Below are positions 9,588 to 23,189 of a DNA stretch of 64,000 nt, one piece after another. Both the position numbers and the translations under genes were made by a program. Under the pieces are notes generated by a model. The model saw only the letters and a list, made by a program, of their open reading frames with translations, had not been told where the DNA came from and searched no databases. The first letter of the stretch is position 1; each line of letters starts with the position of its first letter. The stretch comes from Longimicrobiales bacterium (GTDB lineage: Bacteria; Gemmatimonadota; Gemmatimonadetes; Longimicrobiales; Gaopeijiaceae): assembly GCA_963664435.2 (NCBI GenBank), contig CAXXKM010000001.1, positions 352,001 to 416,000 of the forward strand, in the 5' to 3' direction.

Positions 9588-10912
9588 AGCTGCTCGACCC
9601 CGGTGGCGGTTACGCGGTGGGACATCAGAGGCGTCTGCGGCCGCGGTGGCTCCGGAAGGATCGCGATCGCCCGCTCGAGAATCCTCGAAGCCCTGTCGGC
9701 GTCCGAGGGCGTGGCCGCGTAAACGACCCCCAGGGTGCTGCCGGCGGCTATCTCGTCGCCGACGCCGACCTCCAGCCTGAACCCCACTCCGCGGTTGATG
9801 GTCGCCCCGAGCCGCGTCCGGCCGCCACCCAGCTCGACCACTCCGCGGCCCAGCGCCCGAGGATCGATGGCGGCCGCGAATCCGGTCGATGGCGCGCGGA
9901 CGTAGCGGCGGACGCGAGCGGAGGGCAGCCTCTCGGGGCGATGGATCGCCCGGGTGTCGCCGCCCTGAAGGGCGACCACGCGCGCGAACCGTTCCAGCGG
10001 ACCGCCCGAGTCCAGCGTGGCCGCCGCCTGCGCGCGGGCGCTCCCGGCATCGGGCGCCAGACCTCCGACGACCATCATCTGCGCCACGAGGGCGAGCGTG
10101 ACTTCCCTCAGGTCCGCGGGACCGCCGCCCGCCAGGCAGTCCAGTGCCTCGGCCACCTCCAGCGCGTTGCCGACGGCCCGCCCAAGGGGACGATCCATCG
10201 CGGTCACCAGGGCAACGGTCTCGACGCCGGCGCGCTTACCGAGGGTCACCATGGTCCGCGCCAGCTCCAGCGCGCGGTCGATCCCGGGAATGAAGGCGCC
10301 GGAGCCCGCCTTCACGTCGAGCACCAGCCCGGTCAGCCCCTCCGCGAGCTTCTTGCTCATGATGCTGGTCGCGATGAGAGGAATCGACGACACCGTGCCG
10401 GTCACCGAGCGAAGATCGTAGAGCCGGCGGTCGAGGGGCGCGATTTCCGGGGTTTGCCCGATCATCGCGAACCGCTCCCGCTCCACGATCGACACGAAAT
10501 CGTCGAGCGCGATATCGGTGCGGAAGCCCGGGATCGATTCGAGCTTGTCGAGGGTGCCGCCCGTGTGGCCGAGACCCCGGCCCGACATCATGGGCACGTA
10601 GAGCCCCAGCTCCGCGGCGAGGGGAGCCAGAACCAGCGAAACCTTGTCTCCGACGCCGCCCGTAGAGTGCTTGTCGACCCGTGGGCCGTCGAGATGGGAG
10701 AGATCGAGAGAGGCTCCCGAGGCGATCATGGTGTGCAGGACGGCGTCCAGCTCGGCGCCCGAAAGCCCCCGGAACCAGACGGCCATGAGGAAGGCCGCCA
10801 TCTGGTAGTCGGGGACATCCCCCTCGAGATACGCGCGAAGGAAGGTCTGCAGCTCTCCCGCTTCAAGTGCCTGGCCGGCGCTCTTGCGCTCGATGATGCG
10901 AATCGCGCTCAT
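9584..10912 (-). CDS. pdp: Pyrimidine-nucleoside/thymidine phosphorylase
   Basis: DKHSTGGVGDK, SGRGLGHTGGTLDKLESIPG, SIMSKK motifs. Start at MSAIRIIERK; ATG 10966 is an alternative. Confidence 0.93.
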   Translation of the reverse strand: MSAIRIIERKSAGQALEAGELQTFLRAYLEGDVPDYQMAAFLMAVWFRGLSGAELDAVLHTMIASGASLDLSHLDGPRVDKHSTGGVGDKVSLVLAPLAAELGLYVPMMSGRGLGHTGGTLDKLESIPGFRTDIALDDFVSIVERERFAMIGQTPEIAPLDRRLYDLRSVTGTVSSIPLIATSIMSKKLAEGLTGLVLDVKAGSGAFIPGIDRALELARTMVTLGKRAGVETVALVTAMDRPLGRAVGNALEVAEALDCLAGGGPADLREVTLALVAQMMVVGGLAPDAGSARAQAAATLDSGGPLERFARVVALQGGDTRAIHRPERLPSARVRRYVRAPSTGFAAAIDPRALGRGVVELGGGRTRLGATINRGVGFRLEVGVGDEIAAGSTLGVVYAATPSDADRASRILERAIAILPEPPRPQTPLMSHRVTATGVEQL

Positions 10913-11039
10913 GGGCGGCGCGTGGTCGACGGCGACCGGAGCGGAGTGCGATGTTGTTGGGGTCATTTCGGGTTGTGGCAGCGTGTTACGTTGGGTGGAC
11001 CCGCGAAAACATCCTACACAAACGGGAGAAAAACTCCGC

Positions 11040-11477
11040 ATGCGGGTGCTCGGGATCGATTATGGCGAACGGCGAATCGGGGTCGCTGTCAGCGACCCGA
11101 CCGGCACCTTCGCCACGCCCCTGCCGACGCTGACCCGGCGTCGCGGGAAGCGGCCGCCCATGGGCGCCCTCCGGACGCTCGCGCGTGACCACGACGCAAT
11201 TGCGCTGGTTGTGGGGCTCCCGCTTGCCGCCGATGGGACCGAGACAGAGTGGTGCGCGGAGGTGCGCCGGTTCGGAGACCGCCTTGGTAGCGGACTGGCG
11301 CTCGACGTGTACTATGTCGACGAGCGCATGACATCCGCCCGCGCGGAGAGGGTCGTGCGCTCGCTGGCATTGCCCCGGCGCAAACGGGAGCAAAAGGAAC
11401 GCGTGGACGCGGCGGCCGCCGCGCTGATTCTGCAGAGATGGCTGGACACGGGAGGAAAGATCGCCTCAAGTGACTAG
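11040..11477 (+). CDS. ruvX: YqgF/RuvX family nuclease
   Basis: MRVLGIDYGERRIGVAVSD, VVGLP, DERMTS, VDAAAAALILQ. Confidence 0.93.
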   Translation: MRVLGIDYGERRIGVAVSDPTGTFATPLPTLTRRRGKRPPMGALRTLARDHDAIALVVGLPLAADGTETEWCAEVRRFGDRLGSGLALDVYYVDERMTSARAERVVRSLALPRRKREQKERVDAAAAALILQRWLDTGGKIASSD

Positions 11478-12882
11478 AGCGGTGAAGGCCGCGCTGGAGG
11501 CCGTCGCCGGGCTGCTGCGGAGAGCCCGCCATCCCGATCCCGGGCGGGAACGGGCGCGGGCCGTCCTGGCGGTCGTGGCTTCCGGGCTCACGAAGGCCGG
11601 TCGGAGGGCGAGGGTCGCCGCGGGCACTACCGCTTCCATGCTCGAGAGGGCTGCCGCCGTCGCCGCGTCCGCGACCCGTGCGGCGATCCGGCGGGTTGCC
11701 GCGCTGGTGCGGAAGGCCGGCCATCCGGGCGCTGTCTCGGATCGGGCGAGGGCCGCTCGGGGCGCCGCGGCTTCGATGCTCCGGAGGGCCGTGGCCGGAA
11801 CCGCTTCGGCGACCCGTGCGGCCACCAGGTGGGGAACGGCCCTGGCCTGGCCGAAGATCGTGCTGGGGGCGGCCGCCGGCGTGATCCTGCTCGGCGGCGT
11901 GTCGGTGCTGCTCTGGCTGGCGGCGCCGGTCGAGATCCCCGGCAACGCGCCCGCGGACGGCGAGACCGTGGTGTTCACGGTCGCGCCGGGAGCCACCTTC
12001 GGGCAGATCACCGACACGCTGGTGACGCGCGGACTGATTCGGAGACCCTTGCTCTTCCGCGTCTACGGGCGGCTGCGGCGGGACGAGCGCAATGTACGCG
12101 CAGGCACATACGCGCTCGACGCCGGAACCGGGTGGCCGAGCCTGCTCGACGCCCTGGTCGAGGGCCGGGTCAGGATGGTGGCGGTCACCATTCCGGAAGG
12201 CTTCACGCTTCCCCAGATCGCCACCCGCATCGCCGGCATCACCGAACTCCCCACCGACACCGTGCGCGTCAGGCTGGGAGGCGAAGACGCCCACAACCGC
12301 TGGAGTCTGCCCGGACCCGGGCTGGAGGGCTACCTGTTTCCGGATACCTACCTCTTCGCGGGAGGTGTCCCGCTCGACGCCGTCGTCGACGCGATGACCG
12401 AGCGCTACCAAGGCTACTGGACGCCCGAGCGGAAGGCCCGGGCCGCGGAACTCGAACTGTCGGAGCGGGAGGTGGTGACGCTGGCGTCGATCATCCAGTC
12501 GGAGGCTCGCGTATCCGACGAAATGCCCGCGATCTCGGCGGTCTACCACAACCGCCTGCGCATCGGCATGCTCCTCCAGGCCGACCCCACCGTGCTGTAC
12601 GCGCTGGGCGGCCACCGCCCCCGCCTGCTCTTCGCCGCCATCGACTCGGTGGCCGACAACCCCTACAACACCTATACCCAGGGGGGACTGCCCCCCGGCC
12701 CCATCGGGGCGCCCGGAGCCGCCGCGCTGGACGCCGCGCTCTACCCGGCCGAGGCAGACTACCTGTACTTCGTCGCCAACGCCGACGGCTCGCACACCTT
12801 CTCGCGCACCCTGACCGAGCACAACCGCGCGGTCGCGCGGTCGCGGCGAGGGGCCGCCGGGGCGGGTCCGGGCGGCGCATGA
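11470..12882 (+). CDS. mltG: Endolytic transglycosylase MltG with Ala/Arg-rich N-terminal extension
   Basis: TIPEGF, LEGYLFPDTY, LASIIQSE, LQADPTVLY, NPYNTY..GLPPGPI, YLYFVA. Start uncertain. Confidence 0.92.
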   Translation: MTRAVKAALEAVAGLLRRARHPDPGRERARAVLAVVASGLTKAGRRARVAAGTTASMLERAAAVAASATRAAIRRVAALVRKAGHPGAVSDRARAARGAAASMLRRAVAGTASATRAATRWGTALAWPKIVLGAAAGVILLGGVSVLLWLAAPVEIPGNAPADGETVVFTVAPGATFGQITDTLVTRGLIRRPLLFRVYGRLRRDERNVRAGTYALDAGTGWPSLLDALVEGRVRMVAVTIPEGFTLPQIATRIAGITELPTDTVRVRLGGEDAHNRWSLPGPGLEGYLFPDTYLFAGGVPLDAVVDAMTERYQGYWTPERKARAAELELSEREVVTLASIIQSEARVSDEMPAISAVYHNRLRIGMLLQADPTVLYALGGHRPRLLFAAIDSVADNPYNTYTQGGLPPGPIGAPGAAALDAALYPAEADYLYFVANADGSHTFSRTLTEHNRAVARSRRGAAGAGPGGA

Positions 12883-13529
12883 CCGGCGTTCCGGACCAGC
12901 TCCGGGGCTCGCTCCGCCTGATGGTGATCACCCACCCGCGCCCAGGCTGCGGGCGGCCGCTGGCGGAGGTGGTCGAGGCAGTGGTGGCGGCCGGCGCCGG
13001 CGCCATCCAGCTGCGCGACAAGGAAGCGCCGCCCCGCAAGCTCCTTGGTCTGGCCCGCCGACTGCGTGCCGTCACCGCCCGCCACGGGGCCCTGCTCATT
13101 GTCAACGACCGCCTCGACGTCGCGCTGGCGGCAGGCGCGGACGGCGTCCACCTGGGCCCCGATGACGTACCCGTGGCAGCGGCCCGCCGGGTGGTGCCGG
13201 ACGGCTTCCTGCTGGGGCACTCGACCGACGATCCCCGCGTGGCCCGCCGGGCGGAGGCCGACGGCGCCGACTACCTCGGGTGCGGGACCGTCTTCCCCAC
13301 CGCCAGCAAGGAGGACGCCGGGGCGGTCATCGGGGTCGGCGGGCTCGGCGCCGTGGCGCGCTCGGTGCGCATCCCCGTGCTCGCCATCGGCGGCGTGACC
13401 GCCGACCGTACCCCGCTTCTGGACGGGAGCGGGGCGGGCGGGGTGGCCGTCATTTCGGCGGTGATGGCGGCGGACCGGCCGGCGAACGCGACACGCCGGC
13501 TGCGGGAGGCGGTGGAGGGGTGGGGCTGA
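12879..13529 (+). CDS. thiE: Thiamine phosphate synthase
   Basis: QLRDK, VNDRLDVA, GVHLGPDD, FPTASK, AIGGV. ATG overlaps the mltG stop (ATGA). Confidence 0.92.
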   Translation: MTGVPDQLRGSLRLMVITHPRPGCGRPLAEVVEAVVAAGAGAIQLRDKEAPPRKLLGLARRLRAVTARHGALLIVNDRLDVALAAGADGVHLGPDDVPVAAARRVVPDGFLLGHSTDDPRVARRAEADGADYLGCGTVFPTASKEDAGAVIGVGGLGAVARSVRIPVLAIGGVTADRTPLLDGSGAGGVAVISAVMAADRPANATRRLREAVEGWG

Positions 13530-13550
13530 CGAGGCGCCGCCGTCCCGCCG

Positions 13551-14366
13551 CTACATCCCGCCCGCTTCCAGGAAGCCCGCCACTTCATCCCCGAACACGC
13601 AGAACTCGCCCAGCGTTCCCGAGTCGGGACCGTGCCAGTCCGAGCCACCGGTCGGGAGCAGGTTCCACGCCCGCGCGATCCGTTCCAGCGAGAGAATGCG
13701 CTTGGGTGAAGTGCGGGGCCGGTAGACCTCGATCCCTCTCAATCCCGCCAGCTTGAGCCCGGGAAGAAGCCCTTCCAGGAGCTCGAAGGGAGGATGGGCC
13801 CAAACCGGAATCCCGCCCGCCTCGACGATGATCCGGATGGCGTCCTCGGCCGAAACGAGGGCCGTGGGGACGTACGCGGGATGCCGGTTTCCGATGAGCC
13901 GGTCGAACGCGTCGGGGACGCTGTCCGCATGCCCCGCACCGACCAGGGCGCGCGCGAGATGGGGCCGGCCCAGGCTGCGGCGCGAGGGCCCGGCGATTTC
14001 GACCACCGACTCGTACCGGACGTGAACGCCGCGGACGGCCAGACGCTGGATCATCTCCTGCATCCGCTCTTCGCGCCGGTGGCCCGCCCGGCCCTCGTAC
14101 GCGCGCAGCCGCGGCGCCGAGGGATCCACGAAGTAGCCCAGGATGTGGAGCCCCTGACCCGCGTGAACGGAGCTGATTTCGATGCCCGGAATGATCTCGA
14201 TCGGGACCCGCGCAGCCGCCCTTCGGGCGTCCTCGAGGCCCTGGGTGGTGTCGTGATCGGTGAGCGCGATCACGTCCAGCCGCCCGGCGGCGGCGGCCTG
14301 CACCACGCCCGACGGCGGCTCGGAGCCGTCCGAGGCCTGGGAGTGCAGGTGGAGGTCCAGGCGCAC
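13551..14366 (-). CDS. PHP-domain phosphoesterase (TrpH/YciV-like)
   Basis: DLHLHSQASDG, ALTDHDT, GIEIS, GRPHLA, AHP, GGSDWHG. Confidence 0.9.
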   Translation of the reverse strand: MRLDLHLHSQASDGSEPPSGVVQAAAAGRLDVIALTDHDTTQGLEDARRAAARVPIEIIPGIEISSVHAGQGLHILGYFVDPSAPRLRAYEGRAGHRREERMQEMIQRLAVRGVHVRYESVVEIAGPSRRSLGRPHLARALVGAGHADSVPDAFDRLIGNRHPAYVPTALVSAEDAIRIIVEAGGIPVWAHPPFELLEGLLPGLKLAGLRGIEVYRPRTSPKRILSLERIARAWNLLPTGGSDWHGPDSGTLGEFCVFGDEVAGFLEAGGM

Positions 14367-14370
14367 CGGA

Positions 14371-14640
14371 TCAGCCGGGAGAGATGGTGCGCCCCGACTC
14401 CGTAAGGACGATCACTTCATCGGCGAGGACCTTGAGTACGCCGCCCGCGACCGGATACCGGGCGCTGCCTCCGCCGACGAGGTCCACATTCACGTCTCCG
14501 GTTCCGAGCAGGGTCAGGAAGGGAGCGTGGCTGGGAAGAACGCCCACCTTGCCGTCCCACGCGGGCGCGACCAGCGAAGCGGCCTCGCCCTCGAAGAGGA
14601 CCCGCTCCGGGCTTACCACCTTGACGTTGAGGGCACCCAC
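14371..14640 (-). CDS. atpC: F1 ATP synthase epsilon subunit (short form)
   Basis: VVSPERVLFEG, GVLPSHAP; follows atpD; 89 aa. Confidence 0.9.
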   Translation of the reverse strand: MGALNVKVVSPERVLFEGEAASLVAPAWDGKVGVLPSHAPFLTLLGTGDVNVDLVGGGSARYPVAGGVLKVLADEVIVLTESGRTISPG

Positions 14641-14641
14641 G

Positions 14642-16147
<1,506 letters not shown>

Positions 16148-16154
16148 TTAGGGT

Positions 16155-17015
16155 TTAACCGACGCCCTCCGCCCCTCCGACGATCTCCGCGATCTCCTGC
16201 GTGATCTGCGCCTGGCGGGCCCGGTTGTAGGTGCGGGTGAGGTGTTCGATCATCTCTCCCGCGTTGTCGGTCGCGTTCTTCATGGCGGTGCGGCGCGCGC
16301 CCTGCTCGGCGGCCGCGTTCTCCACCAGCGCCCTGTAGACCATGTTGCGGAGATACAGGGGAATAAGGTCGCGCAACACCCCGACCGCGGTGGGCGACAG
16401 GATGAACGCCTCGGGCGAAAGGGCACCCTCCGACGGTTGCAGCGGCAGCAGCTGACGGGTCCGGGGAGGCGTCGACATGGCGGAGCGGAACTCCGACGAA
16501 ATCAGGTACACCGCGTCGATCTCACCGGCCTCGAAGGCTTCGCGCAGCGATCCGGAGAGCGATTCGGCATCGGCGACGGTCGGGTCGTCGCTGATGTCGG
16601 TTCGGCTGGAAGCGATGGGCTCGCCCCGGAACCGGAAGTAGGCAAGCCCCTTGCGGCCCGCCAGATGCAGATCGACCTCCACTCCGTCGTCCCGAAGCTT
16701 CTCGAGCAGCTGACGCCCCTCGCGAATGAGGTTGGCGTTGAAGGCTCCCGCGAGCCCCCGGTTGGCGGTCGTCAGGAGGATGGCGGCGCGGCGGACCCGC
16801 TCCGGCCTGCGAAGCACCGGCAGGAACTCCGCGTATTCCGGCGCATGAAGGCTGGATACGATGTCGCTCAGTGCCTCGCTGTATGGCCGCGCCGCGTTTA
16901 CGCGGTCGGTGGCCCGCTTCAGCTTGGAGGTGGCCACCAACTCCATGGTCCGCGTGATCTGGCGCGTATTCTCTACCGAGCGAATGCGGCGCTTGACATC
17001 GCGGGCTCCGGGCAT
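16155..17015 (-). CDS. atpG: F1 ATP synthase gamma subunit
   Basis: QITRTMELVA, RGLAGAFN, NRARQAQITQEIAEIVGGA. Confidence 0.97.
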   Translation of the reverse strand: MPGARDVKRRIRSVENTRQITRTMELVATSKLKRATDRVNAARPYSEALSDIVSSLHAPEYAEFLPVLRRPERVRRAAILLTTANRGLAGAFNANLIREGRQLLEKLRDDGVEVDLHLAGRKGLAYFRFRGEPIASSRTDISDDPTVADAESLSGSLREAFEAGEIDAVYLISSEFRSAMSTPPRTRQLLPLQPSEGALSPEAFILSPTAVGVLRDLIPLYLRNMVYRALVENAAAEQGARRTAMKNATDNAGEMIEHLTRTYNRARQAQITQEIAEIVGGAEGVG

Positions 17016-17016
17016 T

Positions 17017-18591
<1,575 letters not shown>

Positions 18592-18617
18592 GCCTGTCCT
18601 CTGGTGACTCGAAGGCG

Positions 18618-19193
18618 TCAGCCTCCGCCGTTGGTTGTTCCAGTGCCGCCCAGGGATGCCGCCAGCAGCGAGTGGCGCATCCCCTCCAGGCGGCGTCTCA
18701 GGGAGCCGTCGTATACGGTGTCGCCCGCACGCACAACCACCCCACCCAGGATGTCCGGATGAACCCGGAAGTGGGGAATCGCGGCCCGGCCCAGCAGCTG
18801 CGAGAGCCGGCCGGCGACACTTGCCTGCGCCGTATCGTCGAGCGCGCGCGCCACCGTGACCTCGACATGGACCCGCTTGCGGTGTTCGTCCAGAAGCTCG
18901 TTGTAGCAGAGCGCGATCTGCTCGAGCAGCGACTGCCGGCGCTTATCGACCGTGACCAGCACGAAGCTGAGAAAGTGCCCCGGGACGCGATCCGCGAGAG
19001 CGGTGCGCAGCACCACCTTCTTGTCGGCGGCGGCGATGCGCGGCGTAGCCAGGAAGGTGCGCAGGCCCGGGCTCTCGCTGAGGATTCCGACCAGGGCGGC
19101 GAGCGCGTCCTGGTAGGCTTCCACCCCTTCGTGACGCTCCGCCAGAGCGAAGAGGGTTTCCGCGTAGTTCCTGGCGACGGTCTCTTCCCTCAC
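18618..19193 (-). CDS. atpH: F1 ATP synthase delta subunit
   Basis: [29 protein letters not shown]; operon position. Confidence 0.94.
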   Translation of the reverse strand: MREETVARNYAETLFALAERHEGVEAYQDALAALVGILSESPGLRTFLATPRIAAADKKVVLRTALADRVPGHFLSFVLVTVDKRRQSLLEQIALCYNELLDEHRKRVHVEVTVARALDDTAQASVAGRLSQLLGRAAIPHFRVHPDILGGVVVRAGDTVYDGSLRRRLEGMRHSLLAASLGGTGTTNGGG

Positions 19194-19774
19194 GCGTCGC
19201 GCCCCCTCGCGGTATCGGAGAGCGACGACAGGTAGTCGTTCACCAGCTCGCGGTCTTCCGGCGCGTCCAGACGCTGCCGGACCAGCCTGGAGGCGGCCGC
19301 CAGGGCAAGGCCCACGGTCTCCTTGCGGATCGCCTCGAGCACGGCGTCCCGTTCCACCTCGATCTCGCGCCGCGCGCGTTGCACGATGGCGGCACTCTCT
19401 TCCCGCGCCTTCGCCTCCATCTCACGCCCGAGGCGGGCCGCGGCCTCCTTGGCCTCGGCGATGATGTGCCGTGCCTCGTGGCGGGCCTCATGCAGTTGCA
19501 GCCTGTGCTGGTCGAGCGCGTCGGACGCGTCCCTGCGCAGCCGCGCGGCATCGTCGATGGAACTCTGGATGTTCTCCTCCCGGGCCTCCAGCGCCTTCAG
19601 AATCGGACCCCAGGCGAACTTGCCGAGCAGCACGAGCAGAATCAGAAAGACGATCAGCGCCCACAGGCTCAGGCCGGTGTTGATGTCGAACAGGCCCCCG
19701 CCTTCCTGCGCCGCGAGGGGTGTCGGAACGGCCTGGAATGCCGCCATCGCGGCAGCCACCGGTAATGCTCTCAT
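19190..19774 (-). CDS. atpF: Fo ATP synthase subunit b
   Basis: TM helix then KFAWGPILKALEAREENI and a long Ala/Glu/Arg coiled coil. Confidence 0.94.
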   Translation of the reverse strand: MRALPVAAAMAAFQAVPTPLAAQEGGGLFDINTGLSLWALIVFLILLVLLGKFAWGPILKALEAREENIQSSIDDAARLRRDASDALDQHRLQLHEARHEARHIIAEAKEAAARLGREMEAKAREESAAIVQRARREIEVERDAVLEAIRKETVGLALAAASRLVRQRLDAPEDRELVNDYLSSLSDTARGRDA

Positions 19775-19869
19775 AATCGCGCCACCAAGGTTCCCGGACA
19801 GGCGCCCGAAGCCGGCCGGACGACAGGTCCGGCGCGGGTGACGGGCACGCCGCGGGAAACGGTTCCGGG

Positions 19870-21116
<1,247 letters not shown>

Positions 21117-21129
21117 GGAGTCTTCTCCA

Positions 21130-21501
21130 TCAGGCCGTTTCCGCCGCGGCCCGCATGCGGGCGGCGAGGAAGACCGGCTCGAGCATCAGGAGCACGAAGA
21201 AGAACCCCGCGCAGCCCAGCAGCGTGGTGGCGGGGGAGAGAGCCGGAAGCAGCGTCACCGACAGCCCCACGGCGATCACGACGGCCACGCGAACGACCGC
21301 GGCGCCGATCCACACCACCAGGCCCTCGGCGGGCCGTATCGCGTGCTTGCAGAGCAGGGCGAAGGCCGCGACCTGAACCGGAAACGTGATGGCGGCCGCG
21401 ACCAGGAGACCGGCCCTGCCGGGACCGTCGAGCCAGGGGAACATCGCGCCGTTTGCTGCGGCCAGGATGGCGAGGGCCGCCCCCGCGTACTTGAGCGTCA
21501 T
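21130..21501 (-). CDS. Small 4-TM membrane protein, AtpI-like
   Basis: Hydrophobic 123-aa ORF from MTLKYAGAAL, directly upstream of atpB and coupled to the previous stop. Confidence 0.7.
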   Translation of the reverse strand: MTLKYAGAALAILAAANGAMFPWLDGPGRAGLLVAAAITFPVQVAAFALLCKHAIRPAEGLVVWIGAAVVRVAVVIAVGLSVTLLPALSPATTLLGCAGFFFVLLMLEPVFLAARMRAAAETA

Positions 21502-21785
21502 CGCTCGTGTTCTTCCCGTTCTCTCTGCCGGCGTGGTTCCAGGACGACGTGGTAGTAGAGGCTGTACAAGCCCGCGGCCGCTCCGACGAAGGCGCCGAGG
21601 ACGGTGAACACCGGGACCGTCCCCAGCCGGTTGTCCAACAACCAGCCCACCCACAGGAAGAGCCCGGTCGCGAACGCCAGGGTGAGTCCCTGCCCCGCAA
21701 CGCGGGCTGCATCTGCCCGAGGATTCCACGGATCTCCTGCCGGAGCTCGCGGGGGCTTGTCGTCGCCCACCTGATCAACCTCCAC
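21498..21785 (-). CDS. AtpZ/AtpI family protein
   Basis: GLTLA...GWLLDNRLGTVPVFTVLGAFVGAAAG pattern; first gene of the atp operon. Confidence 0.82.
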   Translation of the reverse strand: MEVDQVGDDKPPRAPAGDPWNPRADAARVAGQGLTLAFATGLFLWVGWLLDNRLGTVPVFTVLGAFVGAAAGLYSLYYHVVLEPRRQREREEHER

Positions 21786-22072
21786 GGGTGCGATCCTACC
21801 CCGGAAAACAGCCGACAGAAGCTAGAAGGTTGGGGCATCGGACGCAACCTTCGAAGAAGCCCTCTCCGGTGTCCCCGCGCATGGGCTTGCACGAACGGAT
21901 TTGCGCCGCGCGCGGCTGGCGTAGCGGGGTCCCGTTCCCCTACCTTCGGCACGCCGGGATCCTGTCCCGGAAATCGGTTTATTCTCGCTAGGCTTGCCGA
22001 ATCTGCGATCGTGCGGATGCGACGGGCATCCGCGGCCCATTCCTCGATTCGACCCCGGAGCTGCAACCTGAC

Positions 22073-23089
22073 ATGAGAGCGCTCGACAACACGATGGTGG
22101 ACGACCGGGATCTGCTGCTCCTCGATCGGGTCGGCACGGTCACGCAGGCGCTGCGCAGCGAAGTCGCGAAGCGGATCGTGGGTCAGGAAGCGGTCGTTGG
22201 CGGGCTTCTCACGGCTCTGCTTGCGAACGGCCACGTCCTCCTGGTGGGCGTGCCGGGACTCGCGAAGACGCTGCTGGTCTCGACGCTCGCCGACGCCCTC
22301 GACCTGGAGTTCGGCCGCGTGCAGTTCACGCCCGATCTGATGCCTACGGACATCACCGGGACCGAGGTCATCGAGGAGGACCGGACTTCCGGGCGGCGGG
22401 TGTTCCGCTTCGTGCGCGGACCCATCTTCGCCAACGTCGTGCTGGCGGACGAGATCAACCGGGCGCCGCCCAAGACCCAGGCGGCGCTTCTGCAGGCGAT
22501 GCAGGAACGGGCGGTCACGGCGTCGGGCGAAACCATGGCCCTTGCTCCTCCCTTCTTCGTGCTGGCGACTCAGAATCCCATCGAGCAGGAGGGCACGTAC
22601 CCTCTTCCGGAGGCGCAGCTGGACCGCTTCATGCTCGAACTGCGCATCGGCTATCCCGATCAGCGGGAGGAGGAAGAGATCGCCATGAGAACCACCGGCG
22701 CCGACGACGGCCTGGTCTCGCCCGTCGTCGCCGCGGGAGAACTGATCGAGCTGCAGAATCTGGTGCGGCGCGTGCCCGCGTCGCCGGCGTTGATCTCCTT
22801 CGCCGTCCGCCTCGCACGCGCGACTCGCCCTTCTCCCGGCGCGCCCACGGTCACGAGGAAGTACGTGAGCTGGGGAGCCGGGCCGCGCGCCTCCCAGTTC
22901 CTCGTGCTCGGCGCCAAGGCGCGCGCCGCGATGAACGGCGAAGCCATGCCCTCGATCGACGACGTGAGCGCGGTCGCTGCCGATGTCCTGGCGCATCGCC
23001 TGGTGCTGAACTTCGAGGCGGAGGCCGACAGCCGGGGCACCCACGACATCATTCGCGAGCTGCTTGAGGAGAGCCGCCAGTGGAGGTAG
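22073..23089 (+). CDS. moxR: MoxR family AAA+ ATPase
   Basis: GVPGLAKT, RVQFTPDLMPTD, ADEINRAPPKTQAALL, ATQNPIEQEGTYPLPEAQLDRF. Confidence 0.94.
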   Translation: MRALDNTMVDDRDLLLLDRVGTVTQALRSEVAKRIVGQEAVVGGLLTALLANGHVLLVGVPGLAKTLLVSTLADALDLEFGRVQFTPDLMPTDITGTEVIEEDRTSGRRVFRFVRGPIFANVVLADEINRAPPKTQAALLQAMQERAVTASGETMALAPPFFVLATQNPIEQEGTYPLPEAQLDRFMLELRIGYPDQREEEEIAMRTTGADDGLVSPVVAAGELIELQNLVRRVPASPALISFAVRLARATRPSPGAPTVTRKYVSWGAGPRASQFLVLGAKARAAMNGEAMPSIDDVSAVAADVLAHRLVLNFEAEADSRGTHDIIRELLEESRQWR

Positions 23090-23189
23090 ATCCAAGCAGT
23101 ACCAGCGCTTCCGAGCCTCCGTCAGGCTGGCGGGGCCGACCCGCGGGAATCGGATCGGCCGCGGGTTGCCCGTGGACGGGAGGCCTCAC

